DNA from: Hydrolagus colliei
Lineage: Eukaryota
DNA length: 64,000 bases
Direction: 5' to 3'
Assembly: GCA_035084275.1 (NCBI GenBank)
Contig: CM068745.1
Coordinates: forward strand, 50,778,001-50,842,000
Shown piece after piece: positions 37,092-50,797 of the stretch. The position numbers and the translations under genes are program-made. Within the stretch, counting starts at the first letter, position 1. Each line of letters starts with the position of its first letter. A model generated the notes under the pieces. The model was not told the DNA's origin, ran no database searches, and saw nothing but the letters and a program-made list of their open reading frames with translations.

Positions 37092-37362
37092 ACACCTTAC
37101 AAGTGAGAGCCTGGGTTCAATTCCAGGCAGGGCAAAATCTTGGACAAGTTTCTTTACTCCACATGCCTAATAATAATCCCTCAAAAAATAAACAATAATA
37201 AATTGTTCATTTCAATCCACGACTGTTTGTGGGACACTGCTCTACGCAATTGGCTGCCGCATTTCGCCCAATATATACAGTCAATTCACTTTATAATGTA
37301 TTCTGTGAAGCTCTTTAAGACATCTGGAAGACGTGAAAAGAGCTGTATCAAATGCATTATAT
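37092..37362 (+). mobile_element. Family A SINE copy, 5' part of head missing
   Basis: B box GGTTCAATTCC, shared body and tail. Confidence 0.88.
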
Positions 37363-37674
37363 GTTAGTTATATTAAGACATCAACAAATCTGATTAAATT
37401 TAGGAAAGCAACCTATAAACTTTAATGCAAAAGACAAAGTCCCGAAGACTGACACTTTAGCTTTTGAAGTACAGAACATGGATGTTACTTGAATAACTCA
37501 GAACACCTCTGCTTCATGTCATCAATTTATATTTTAAGGTAAACCTCCACGGAGCGCAGGAAAGCAAATGGGTGCTTAATGCTAAAGTGCAACAAACCAA
37601 AAGTGTCTTTAAGCTCTCTCTTGCTCTCTCAACTAGCTGAGAAAAATGAACCTGTTAAATATAGTCTCGTTTGT

Positions 37675-37972
37675 GGATTCCTGTAGCCCAGTGGTTACGG
37701 CACTCACCTCAGAAGCGAGAGACCTGGGTTCGATTTCGGGCAGGATGAAACCTTGAGAAAGTTTCCTTACTCCACACGCCTGATAATAATCCCTCAAAAA
37801 AAAACTCAATAATAAATTGGTCACTTCAATCTACCACTGTTTGTGGGATACTGCTGTGCACAATTGGCTGACAAGTTTTGTCCACAAATATACAGTCAAT
37901 TCACTTTACAGTATATTCTGTGAAGCCCTTTGAGATGTCTAGAAAATATGAAAAGCACTATATCAAAATGCA
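37675..37972 (+). mobile_element. Family A SINE copy, full length
   Basis: GGATTCCTGTAGCCCAGTGGTT head, GGTTCGATTTC B box, shared body. Confidence 0.9.
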
Positions 37973-40464
37973 ATGGTGATTTTATTAGTGTATGATAACT
38001 CTGAAATAATGCTAAGTTAATTTCTTACAGAATTGCAGTCACAGTGACTCCAGTCTGTCAAATATTCTTTTGTGATCCTTCAGATGGACTATTCTCAGCT
38101 TTCAGTTTGCAAACAACAACTTTCATTTTATCTCACTGTTCACACAGGTGAAGGTCTCAATATGCTAAACAAATTGGAATGGGGATCTGGAGTAAGGAAG
38201 TAAGAAGATGGATTGAAAGGTATAGACCAAAGGCATGATCAAAACATATGTTTTCGAGGATGTTGAAGCAAGGGAGAATAGTTGCAAGATTTGAAGACAG
38301 AGTTACAGAGACAAGACGCATAGTGACAGGAGGTGTGGGTAGTGATTTTTGGACAAAGACTACAGGAAACACAAAGTAGACCACACTTTTTATTTCTAAC
38401 GAGAAATATGATCAAGCAATATGAATACCTCAAGATGCTTAGAAAGTAAGGGTAATTAATTGTCAACATGATCTTTACATGTTGTCCCCTCAGTCATACT
38501 CCTTTAGACAATGACCGAAGACCTTCTACTTCAACCGTGCTTATAGTCATCTCCTGCCTCTTCCCGGCTTGGGGTCAAGCTCCACCACTGGTATGTGCTC
38601 TGACGCACTGCACACTGCACATGAAGGATGCTTTATAGATGCAAGTTGTTGTTTTTACAGTTTCCAGATGTAGGATTATGTCTAAATAATAATAAAACTG
38701 ACAGATTTATGTAAACTCAGAGTGCCAGAATGATACATGAATTTTTGTATGTGTTTAAAGGCTTGGGCTGTACCATTCATTAACCTTTTGGCTCAAAATT
38801 AATCTGATGTGTTTGTAATTGACTCCCACTAATTCATGATATGTAAAAAGCCAAACTGGCTGTAAATTGTTCAAGTGTGTCTAAGAATTCTGGAATATGA
38901 TACCAGTCTTATCTTGTCTTAAGAAATTGAGAGTTACAAAAAATAGCTGTGAGAAATGGACTGATAAAGTTTAGTTCAAGGAAAAGCTCTAGATAAATAA
39001 CAAAGGGGTACACTGACTCATGAAGAATACTATACTGGAAGAATCCTCAAGAACAATGTTCTATGATGGCTTTATCCTCAAGGTATATTAAAGGTAATAT
39101 GGCAGAATCATTACATAGGGTATTTAATATTTCTTAGGAAATGTTTTTCACTATATTGCACTTCTCTCCCCATTTGAAATAAACCAAGGTAGGTTGCCAA
39201 AGTTTCATTACTTGCTATTTTTCCTACCATCTCAGTTTAGCATCTCACCACCAATGAGAAGATGTGAAGCTTACTCTTTATTTAACAACCGTTTATATAT
39301 CTATTATAGTAACATTTTATATATTGTATATTTTAAATATGCAGCATTTATTCAACAATGTATATAAATGCCCAACTCCTTATCTGAATGGATACATAAG
39401 AATCATACATTTTTTAGAGTTTATTGTTGTTAATATGTGATATTTGATTTTTGTTTTAGGTTGAGGTGAGGGGGTGGCTATAATATATAATAGAATAATT
39501 ATTACAGTGCTAGATAGGATTTTTAAAGTTTCCTCTCCCAGTGAATTGGTGTGGAGATACTGAAAAGAGTGCAGCATTTAAGGCCTGCAAAACGGATTTT
39601 TATGTATTCGGTTCCAACTATAAAAATGGCCAAATGTGGTAGTCTCACAAGTAACTATTTTAATAAATGATAATCATTCCCAATACTAATATGGTTATTA
39701 CATTTCCCCATTAAAACATTTTATTCCTTGGTATGAATTTAATTCATTTCCACTTCCTCAGAATATATTAGAATTTTATCCTTGAGGCTAGTCATGAATG
39801 AGCTAAGTAGGTACATTTTATTCATTTTTAATTCAAAGAGACATAATCAAAACAGATACATAATAATTTTTAGAGGTTATTGTTGCTCATATATAATATT
39901 TGTTTTGGTTTCATGTTGAGTTGAGGGGGTGGGTTTGAACAGAACTGACTAGAATATTTTACCCAAATTTGATTCTGGTTTTATATATATAATATATATT
40001 TATATTTATAATATATATGTGTATCTTCCCGAACCTTCATTTTTGTATTTCTTTGTATTGCTCAAGTGCAGCCTGTGTGGAGCTGGTATTGTAATACAAG
40101 GTTGTTATGTGATCCATCTTATTAATACTGAACACAGGGGAAGGAAAAGGTCAGAAACCCCTGATCTCAGTAATGTGCAAGAGATAATACACTTCTCAAG
40201 GAACAGATGAGGAATTTAATGATTGATTTATTTGTTTACATTTTTGTGGAATTTTATATAGAGAGAATTATACTGTAAGTGCAGAAGCTACAATAATTGT
40301 GTTCGTTCACAGTGTGTAGAAACATAATAAAACTTAATTTCTTTATTAAGTGTAATAAAGGAATACATGTGATTTAAAGATTTGTGCTCACAGCTCTGTT
40401 GCTTTTTTTTAAATACAAATATATTAAAATTTAGATGATCATGATCATTGAAAATGAAGCACTG

Positions 40465-40720
40465 AGTACTTGGTTGTGCAGTGAGTTAGTGCCATTCTCT
40501 TTCATCTCTGGCATCCAGTTTTAAATTCAGTCCAGACAGATGGGATCACAAAATCTTCTCTGCCAGCTAAAAGAATTGTAAATGAAAACAAATCCAGCTT
40601 TAAATCAGTCACAAATCCTAATTACATAACTGCCCATTATCCAAAACTACTCTGCATTAAATTAGGAACCTTACTCTGAGAAACGGTAACAGCGGCTGGT
40701 GTGGGAAATGAAAATATGAT
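40465..40720 (+). mobile_element. Ancient LF-SINE-like element
   Basis: CTTTCATCTCTGGCATCCAGTTTTAAATTCAGTCCAGAC resembles the LF-SINE head CCTTTCACCTCT..GGTTTGAATCCAGCCCAG as I recall it; weak similarity continues downstream. Confidence 0.5.
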
Positions 40721-41079
40721 ATTGGTCAGCAATATATCTACACATAAGAATGTAGAAAGGCCATTCAGTCCATCAAGTCTATATACCATGCAAAGCTGAT
40801 CCTATTGTAGATCTAATTTACCTAACACATGTCCTGAGAGAAATCTAGAGTTTTGATCTGTGTCCTAAATATAAATAATTAACATTCTATTTCAGTAAAT
40901 CATCTCCACCCAGGCAACTGTGGCCTACTTCCACCTACAACAAAATCTCCCCACCAACCCCTATTAGCACAGATACCACTGTTCAGTATTTGTCCATTTC
41001 AATCTATGGAATCTATACCTATTCTTATAACCTCCAATTTTTCCCAGTTCTACAGTACCCATTGCCTTTGCTCTACTGG

Positions 41080-41308
41080 AAGCCTAGACCCCTGAATGGC
41101 CTCCTCCTTGTCCCCTGAATCGGTCATTCCACCGTCAGTGGCTGTGCCTTCAGCCAATACGTCCCGAGGCTCTGGAACTCCCTTCCTTACTCATTATGCC
41201 TCGCCCTGGCTCTGTCCTGGGATCCGTTATTGTGAAGCACTCTGAGATGCCATCTGGTGTGGAGGACGCTATATAAATCCAAGTTGTTGTTGTTATTGTT
41301 GTTGTTGT
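41080..41308 (+). mobile_element. L2 LINE 3' end
   Basis: GCCTTCAGCC...CTCTGGAACTCCCTTCC (AFS..LWNSLP) and GCTATATAAATCCAAG(TTG)n tail. Confidence 0.85.
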
Positions 41309-41719
41309 GAGAAAGAAACTTTTCTAATTTCACTTGAGGTTTATTCATTTTAAACATATATTCTCTAGATCTACTCTCGTAGTCTGCACCAACTATTCTG
41401 ATTGTATCTGCATTATCCATGAATCTTATAATAATAATCCTTGTATTTGTTATAGTGCGTTTCCCATCTTCTAGACGTCTCAAAGCGCTTCACAGAATAT
41501 GCAAGTGAATTGATTATATATGTGGGTGAACTCAGCAGTCAATTGAAATACTCATTCACTTCTCTGATTCAATGCAATATTATTTGAATTCCAATCAGTA
41601 TTCAGTTGACTGATCTCAGTTGTCTGAGGTTGGCCAAAATGGCTCAATGAAGTTAGGAATGGGAGAAGGATATGAACTGGAAAATCAGTCACAGTTCCTG
41701 CTCTGACTTTAGGATTGAC

Positions 41720-42072
41720 TTCAAGATCTTCACCCTCACGTACAAATCTCTTCATACCCTAATAGCTCGCTAACTTCTGACTTGCTCCTATTCCACTCCA
41801 CTGATTAGGTTACAACATGCCCAAACACCTCTATGTCACCATCAGCTGGCATACATTCAGCAACTACACTCCTCTTTAGAAACTCTCTGCCCCAAACACT
41901 TTTCCACACGCCTTCTTGATCTATCTTTAAATCCCACCTGAGACCTATCTATTTTGACTGTGCCTTTGATTGTACCCTTCCTCTCTGGCTGTCTAGCTGC
42001 TAGACTCTAGCATCTTGGGACGTCCATGCGACGTGAAAGGTGCTATACAAATATAATTGTATTGTTGTTGGT
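41720..42072 (+). mobile_element. L2 LINE 3' fragment
   Basis: RIDFKIFTLTYKSLH relic; GTGAAAGGTGCTATACAAAT tail. Confidence 0.8.
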
Positions 42073-44157
42073 ATTGCTCAGCATTCAACCCCGCCACTGT
42101 GCAGTTTTCTGAGACACTATTCTGCATAAAAGTGCATTATACAAATGCAAGTTGTCGCTGCCTCAATCAATCACTTTCCAGAAGGTTTATGTAAATATTG
42201 AGTGAGAACAGAAGAGATGCTCAACTCAGCTCTGATGTCTTTGAATAAGGTTTGAAAACTCACCAGCAAAGCTCAAACAATAATGGACGCTTGGGTAAGT
42301 GATAGAGAAGAGAGCAAATGGCATGCCTATAGAATTTACTTTCAGCAAAGTGAGGAAGAAAAATTGCAAACAATTTGTGATTGATATTATGTTTCATTTA
42401 CTGTGTTGAGGTATGAGTTCGTAACGGTGCACAAGAAACAAAAACAATAACAGATTTTTAAACAATCTCCAACCTTACTGTTTGGCATTAGATTTATGAT
42501 TAAAGTACCTCAGTTGATGAAAAAACATTAACATGTAGAAACATTAACATGTACAAACACAAGCATCTAAAACACACATTCAGATAATTATTGTATTCAG
42601 AAACCACTTTCGCTTCATTTTACCCACATAGCTGATAAATGATTGCTTTAAATACTAGGTTCATTCAATATTGTTTTACGATGCTCAGATATTGATTTTT
42701 TAAATTTTCTTTAGTTTCCCTGAAAGGAACTTCAAATGTATGGACTGTATTCATTGGTTGCAAACTGGCCAAAACAACTATGGCTATACCAACTATAGCA
42801 ACTACCGTCTCTTACTCTGACGGCATTAATTGAAATGGAACTTATTGTGGGTTTGACAAAGTAAAAAGGCAAAGTCAGCCTATCTAGCATAAAAGAAAAG
42901 GGATACTATTGCATGCGAAGGGCAGCGGGACTGCCTTTCAAAGCAATACACACCACTAACTGTGCAGCTGACATGTGACATACGGTGAAAAGTCAAGAGT
43001 GTGAACTATTAGAGGCCATTATAGGCTTCGGTTATGGATTTGGGCTCCCAACATGAAACCGGTGTTGATACATCTGATGATTGCAATGATTGACTGTTGT
43101 GTCATATTATCTGCGTGCCTTTCCTACCCCTGTTTCTTTAGGGGATACCAACACCACTAATCGTCGGGCAGGACTCAATTGATTATCCTCAAAATTTGCT
43201 CCTTCTATTGACCATAATGGAAAAAATTGCGCCGCTAAATTATTCAGAATGAAAACATACACAGAAGAAATCGATACTGGTGTATCTGATATTAAAGACA
43301 AATTAAACCAGGCAGTATAGCATGGCTGGAGGCAGATACTGTGCACTCTCAGGCACACTTTTAAAGATAAAAAGAGGAGATCCTTTTTCTTTGTCTGTTT
43401 GGTTGTTATGTTAGCTTGTTTCTGATTTGAACCGTCACCTCTGCATTCCTACACAGGAGTTACAAGTACTGTACATTGGAAATGAGAACATTTGTCGAAA
43501 AACTGAAATGTAGCATGAGGTACACATACTGGATGCTTGATCATTTTGGATGCTTTATATTTTAGTGTCTATCTCCTATCTGGTGATTTTATCAAACAAA
43601 GCACAAATACTGAAAAGTCTATTTTCCTTAATCATTTTCATAGAAAAGCTCAGTCAATACGGAGCATTATTGTGTGTTGGCAGCCTGCTAGTATCTGGTT
43701 GAAGGTTAATAAACTATTGTCTATCTCCACATTTAATCCCTTAAATACTAGATCCCTCAGGGTTCCTTTAATTTTTAATACTGTGGAGTTGAAAGTTTTT
43801 GTAAGTTGTGGTCATTAGGAATACATTCGATACAGAGTGGAACATACTTAAAATCAACTCTGAAAAGATTGAAATCTTTGCTCAGTACATCGCAAGATGA
43901 TGACTTTAAAGGGCACCTTAACCATTTAAGCCCTGTTTTAATTGTCACTGTAAAAATTACACGAAGTGTCCCAGTTGACCAGAATTTTACAGGAGACTAA
44001 ATGGGTGCCTTGTTATATCACTGAAGATTGATTGCAGTTGTAATTTAAACAAGCTGGACGAGTGCCAGGCTATGGTGGAGCCTATTACACTGCTATATCC
44101 TCACACAATCAGGGCACAGCTTGAGCACGTAGCCTATGACTGAAGAATACACAAAAA

Positions 44158-44560
44158 AATCTTTGAATTTGATATAGTGCTTACAACATTCAAATGTCTC
44201 AAACTTCTTCACAGGTAATTGCTATCAAGTTAGTGACTGCGTTTTGGAGACAAACATGACAGCCCATAAGGCCACAGTGAAGTCCCACAAAAAGCCATGA
44301 AATGAATAATCAATTGGTCTGGAGGATTGTTGACCGGGGCACAAGAAACAACTCCCTTGTCTTATCAAATAGTTACATAGGATCTTTAACCTCAAATTAA
44401 ACAGGCAAATAGACCCTTAGTTTATCATCTCGGATGGTTCCACTGTCAATGCAGCACTATACATGGAACTTCCGCCTGAGAATATGATCTTGAGGTTTAT
44501 TGTGAGACTTAAACCCACAAGCTTCTGACCAAAGGTGAGAGTGCTAACAACTAAGCCAGC
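44158..44560 (-). mobile_element. Old Deu-domain SINE copy
   Basis: Colinear with 28011-28420 (head, GGATCTTTAAC, tail). Confidence 0.75.
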
Positions 44561-45044
44561 CGAAATATATACATGTGCTTTACAATTTTACAATTATTGC
44601 GTATTTCAGCTGTAGAGATTTAAACTCTTTGTCCTAACTTTATAGAACCTTATTTTCTTGAACACTGGGTGGTCATGTTCGTGTTCTATCCATTTATGTG
44701 CCTATTAGTGAGTCATTATGACTTTTGAAACATATAATCACCCACCTACAATGTCCTTTAAGTCTCAGTGGCTAATATTTTATTTGTTACCCTGGGTCTA
44801 GAAACCCAAATTATTTTAAAATTGTCACTAACAGACAGTAAAACGTTGATCTTATTTGCCACATACATTAAAGTAGACATAGTTTTGAATGTTCTAGTGC
44901 CTAGCTGACAGTTGTAGTTGCTTACAACTATCAATCTTCCTTGAGTGAGGTGAAAACTATAGACTGTCCAAGGAAAGTTGCAACCAACGAGCCTAATAAA
45001 CTCTTATTCTGGTCTGTCAGTTGGACATTTTTCCATGTTGCCAA

Positions 45045-45135
45045 GTAGGGCATTTACACAAGGGGTTGTCAGTGTGAGGAATGCCCTTCCAGGAACTGTG
45101 GTTGAGGCAGAAACTATATTAGCTTTTCAAGTGTT
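45045..45135 (+). mobile_element. Short CR1 fragment
   Basis: FTQGVVSVRNALPGTVVEA relic. Confidence 0.65.
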
Positions 45136-46102
45136 ACTGCAAGTCTTGTGACAGTGCCAGGCAGATTTCTCAGACTGCATTGACACAAAACGCATAGTTT
45201 AACTGGAGCATAACCTTGCCAAACTTTGATTGTTTCTACATTTATCATGAAGTGTGGCATGATTTAGATCTGATCAGCATGCAACTGTAGTGTTTACACG
45301 TTAAGTCTGAGAAATCTTTGAAGTGATCCAGTGGACAAAGTTGGAATTTTCTAAGATAAAAGATAATTTACCATCCTGCCATTCATTTTCCAACTTCAAA
45401 GACGAGTTCAGTTGGCGGATGGCAATAAATAAATTTGCTGCTCTAGACTGGAGTGGGGTAACTGCAACATCTGCCATCAACTTTCTGGGAATGGTCCTTT
45501 TCTCAACAATATGACGGTTAGAAAATCATATGAAGAACACTGGAGATAGAGGCTGATACACACCATGCTGACAATGTAATAAGGCACAATATAAAATGTA
45601 AGGAGCGTTACTAATAAATCAACTAAAACCTAACAATTTAAGTTTAAAAGATTCTGCACTGATGTGTTTATGTGCTGGAGCCCTTAATGTTGTTAACGTT
45701 ATTAAGAGTCAACAGGCATCATCCACTAGCCTAGCAAAGGTATGCTCATATGCGTATTTTTGCACATTGAAAGCTCCACTTTCCTTGCACTCAGTGCAAG
45801 AACTTTCCCATTAAAAGCCAAAACCACCATGGTTGATAAATTTACTGACAAGTAGAGAATTGTCCCCCACCCCATTCATGTTTCACATTTAAAAGATCAA
45901 CATAGGAGAGGGTATTTTCATATCTGTGGGGAATTGTAGACTTTACTGTCAATAAGACTTTAAGCATCTAATTCTATGAGCAAGGAAGGAGAGAGGTTTT
46001 CCGACCAATTATTCAGTCACAAATAAATGGCCCCTGTAAGTCTGGCTATTGGTTTAAAAGGCTTCTCTGCAGCAGCTTAGCAATCACTCATAAAGGCTCC
46101 AG

Positions 46103-46242
46103 NNNNNNNNNNNNNNNNNNNNNNNNNNNNNNNNNNNNNNNNNNNNNNNNNNNNNNNNNNNNNNNNNNNNNNNNNNNNNNNNNNNNNNNNNNNNNNNNNN
46201 NNNNNNNNNNNNNNNNNNNNNNNNNNNNNNNNNNNNNNNNNN
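46103..46242. other. Assembly gap (N run)
   Basis: N bases. Confidence 1.
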
Positions 46243-49055
46243 GAGGAGGAATCTGATCCTGCTCCCAGCAGTCATTGTCAGTAAATGTTTGATGAATAAA
46301 CAGAGACTTTCTAATGGGAAGCGGTGGCAACTTTTATAAGTATACACAATACAGACTTAATTAGGATTCCCATGACATTGTCTCAGAGTGAGCAATGAAT
46401 GCAATGTTGCTGTATTAGAATTATACTTACAAGAAAGTAAAACTTTTGAAACGTTTGTGGCTAACAGTTTGGATTATTATTTATGTGATTAATGGGAGAA
46501 TTAAATGGACGCCTTTTTTCAAGAATAACATAGTTGACCTTTTTTGTGTTTTGGGAGGGAAAGGAGTCAAATAGGTTGCGTGAGGATGTGATGCAACAAG
46601 GATTTTACTGTGATTTGAGCTAATACATCTATTTTGTGCCAACAAATGAAAAATAGAAAGGTATTTGCATGAAGATATTTAGTTCCCCATTTAGAATGAG
46701 GGAAATGCTTTGCCAACCAATGATAGGGAAATTCAATGAGAGAACTTGAAAGATTTTGACACCATTCCATGTTTCATCAGTTTCTTTTCACTGCTTTGGA
46801 CTGAGAGATTCCTCACAACAGTATATGCAGTGCAAATGCCTTGATGTGGGGATTTCTAGTGTTCTGCCAGCATAAATTGTTCTTCTGACATATATTTGCA
46901 GTGGGGATAGTGCTTTAAAGCAGCTGTTATAGCAGTTGATTTATTTTTCATCTCTTCTCTCCTCCTCCTACCTCTCCTGAGGTCTTGGGGCTTATCCCAA
47001 GCTGACAGGCCATGCAGGCGATCTGTTCCCAAACTTCAAACAATGCATTTGCTTTAATTGTCCACCATCCTTTTCCTTGTGCCTTGCCAGGGATCTTCCT
47101 CTGACAGCATAATCGTGATTGGAAAGTCATTCTGTGAGGAAGTATTTCACAATGTGCATCCGATTAGTCTACGGTAAAGTGATTTGTGCTTCTGTGCAGC
47201 TTCACTTTCTTTTCAAATACATTAACTTTAGGCGTTCAGTGACAAGATAAATCAGAGGCTAGAACATTGGGTTTTCCTCAATCTCTCCTTCTGATGGGCA
47301 TCATCACTTAAACGACTTGAGGTTCAAGAAACTCAGCAAGTGTGTGTTGTAAGCAGGAAGGGTCACTAATTATGACAAGGACTCAATCGAGACAAATGCA
47401 CAGGTGTGAAGTATGTGTGTTACCATTATTTATTTATTAAAGATATTTATACAAGAAATTCCCAGTTAAGCTTGAAAGCTTGTTTACAATGGTTCTTGCC
47501 CAAGGCCAGCTAAGAGACATAACAGAGGAGACAAAATAGTCAAAGCACGGCTCAACCCGCTTCGGTCTTTAACATTTCAGATAGCTTTGTTGATTGCTGG
47601 TTTTATTTTGCGATGCTGTGTAATCATAGTGAATTCAATCAAAGTAAAAATGTGTTATAGGATGGAATGGGTACATAAAATGGGAGTATCTTGCATTTAC
47701 ATTAAAACATTTTTACAAATTTCTCCTGTCCAATGTCTCCTTTTTTGCCCTCCTCTCCCGAAGGCCTCTTTGATATTACAAACATGTGGCTATTATTTGA
47801 ATCGAGCATACAATTCCACTGGGGAGGGGGTGAAGAGAAGCAATTCTACTGCGAGGTAAGGGTGGGAGGGATTCGAATCATAGCTGAACAAGCCTCTTGT
47901 CATCTGAATCTGAAAATATGTCTAATATTTGTCTTTATCAGTACAGTTTTTGCCCACAAAATATATAGTCGCGACACTTAACAGTATTTTCTGTGAAGCC
48001 CTTAGAGACGTCTCAAAGACCTGATAAGGTGCTATATGAAATGCAAGGATTATTATTATTAAGATCATTTCTAGGTTATGAATACAATGATCTTGTTCCT
48101 ATAATTGCTGCATTATAATTTTCACTTCTCCATCAGGTTTCCTCTTAAATGTATCAATGCTTTTTGCTTCACCCAACTTCTGGCAGTGACTTCCACCTCA
48201 GTCTAGATTCAGAATATGTAGATTTCAGGGCTTCTAGAATTTGGCAAATTGCGAATTAATTTTGAAGTAGTTTTATTTCAAAGTTATTTTCAAGAACACC
48301 AGAAAAACAAAGTCAAAGTTAAGACTGAATTTAACAACTTGCTAAATTCTGGACACTGAAAAGCTGTATAAATAGAGCAAATCTAGATGCAGGTGGAATT
48401 TCTCCACCACACGGCCTTTATCCACTAAGCTATCAGAGGATCTCCCTTGGTGCTCTTTATGTAACTGTGCATTCATTCGTATTTTAATCGCTATTTATTA
48501 AAATACTGCATTTTAAGACAGGTTGGATCATTGGAATATTAAAGAACATCCATTAGGCAGCCTTAAAGTTGCAGATATCACTTTATGCTTAACCTGAGCA
48601 TTGGTTTTCTCTAAATAGCCTTGCAAGCATGATACAACACAGGAAGTAATGTCTGAATCTGACTGAGGACAAACATTTGCCTGTTGCTTGCTGTGGTTGG
48701 TGGCATAGCAGATTAAACCACAACAGTATTAATAATGCATTGTCGAGTATGTCTCATTTAAAAGAGCTGTATGCATTATTTTGACATTCTTTCTGGCCGA
48801 ATCGCCAACATTGTGTCACACAATAATCTGCCAACATTTTAAAAATGGGAATGAATTTGGGTGCCAAAAATAACAATAATATTAATAGTAATCTTTACAT
48901 TTGCCAAAGTGCCCTTCATGTCAGGAGGACATCTCAAAGTGATTCACGGGATATACTGTGAAATGCAGTCATTGTATTTTGTAGGCAAAATGGCCATCAT
49001 CATAAAACAGTCTTCATTTTCATATTCCTATTTTATCCATAAGTAATCCATTTGT

Positions 49056-49397
49056 GGAGCTCCTGTGGCTTAGTGGTTAGAGCACTTGTCTTGCAAGCTG
49101 GGGAGACCAAGTTGGGGAGACCTGTGTTCGAATCCAGGCAGGTCAGGGCAAAACCTTGGGCAAGTTTCCTTACTCCACATGCCTAATAATAATCCCTCCA
49201 AAAAAACCACAATAATAAAATTGGTCATTTCAATCCACGACTGTGTGTGGGACACTGCTGTGCACTATCGGCTGCTGCGATTCGCCCACAAATATATACA
49301 GTCAATTCACTTTACAGTATATTCTGTGAAGCGCATTGGGACGCTGATAAAATGTGGAAAGCGCTATATCAAATGCGAGGATTATTATATTATTATA
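49056..49397 (+). mobile_element. Family A SINE, subfamily with a 14-bp head duplication
   Basis: CAAGCTGGGGAGAC/CAAGTTGGGGAGAC tandem at 49094-49121; B box GTTCGAATCC; full body and tail. Confidence 0.9.
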
Positions 49398-50361
49398 ATC
49401 CAAGGAGGATGGAAAAACTGGACCAGCTGCATTATAGAACTGATTTCCTATTTTTAAAAATATATAAAATAAATAATAAATAAAAAGCATTTTTAAGGAA
49501 AAATACTCACAAGAGAAATGATGGTACATTGAATTTACATAAATTATTTTTTCAACACATGGAACTCCTTTAAACATCTATTAATGATTTATATTAGTGA
49601 TGTGCAATTTTTACCCTTTGAAGCCTACATAATTTTTATTTTGCTTTGGATTTTACATTAATAAGAGTCATTTTTTCAGTATGTGTTGACTGTCATGTTA
49701 AATGGATATGTACCGTCTAACTGCGGATTCAGAGTGACGAACTGCCATCAATGTGATTGCCACTTTTCTCTATAGTTTCACACTCAAACCAATGTTACCA
49801 GTGGTATTGCAATCTGAATATCAATTGCTATTGTCATATTTGCATTTGCAAAAAAAAACTTGCCTACATAAGACCTATAATCTTGTTCATAGTGTCATGA
49901 GTTTAATCTCCATCAGAAAGGGCATTAATAAATGTGGATGGGCCAACAGGTCTTCTCCGACAGGCCAAAAGACTTTCTTACAAATACAAATTTAAATTTA
50001 TATAACACCTTTTGCATCAGGGGAATATCACAAGATGCTTAACAGGTTGGCTTGTCACCTGAGCTGGGGATGGGAGCTGAGGAAGGCGGGGAAGAGAAAA
50101 ACAAACTTGTGATCTTTTGAATCTAACAGATCATTCAAAGGTAGCAATTCTGACAATACAGTACCCCACTGGGGTACCAGCCTATGAACTCAGGACCTGA
50201 TTTGAAGTTTGAACCTATCAATCTTCTGAGCACAATGAGTCAGTGCTTCTATCAACTGAGCAAGTTGGCAACTCTTCAGTAGAACACCCTCTGATATACC
50301 CCTTGTATATAAGAGCAAGTTTATGACTTATTCATTAATAAATAAAACAGAACACATCCAT

Positions 50362-50797
50362 TAATAATCCTTCCATATAGTATCTTATCATGTTGTTGAG
50401 ATGGATCGAAAGTGCTTCACATTTTTACTGTGAAACCTAGTGACTGTATTTATAGCCGAACAGAGTAGTTCATCAATTGCCACAAAGAGATATCCCATAG
50501 CCAGAAATGAAACAACAAAATTGAGTGATCAATTTTTCCAGGACATGGATTATCTGGGCAGAATATCAGGAGAAACTCCCTTTTTTTTAAAATAATACTG
50601 CCAGGGATCTTTAACATCCACCTTATCAGGCAGCTGAGGCCTCATTTAATCTCATTCAATGGACAACATTTGGTAGAATACAATGCTCCCCAGCACTGCT
50701 TTCGAGTGTTTGTCTAGCCTAAGTGAGTTCAAAGTCCTGACATGAGGTTTGAACCCATAAGTTTCTAACTCAGAGGTAAAATTGCTACCAACCGATG
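50362..50797 (-). mobile_element. Old Deu-domain SINE copy
   Basis: GGGATCTTTAACATCCACC, GAGGCCTCATTTAAT, TTTGAACCCATAAG..CTCAGAGG head. Confidence 0.75.
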
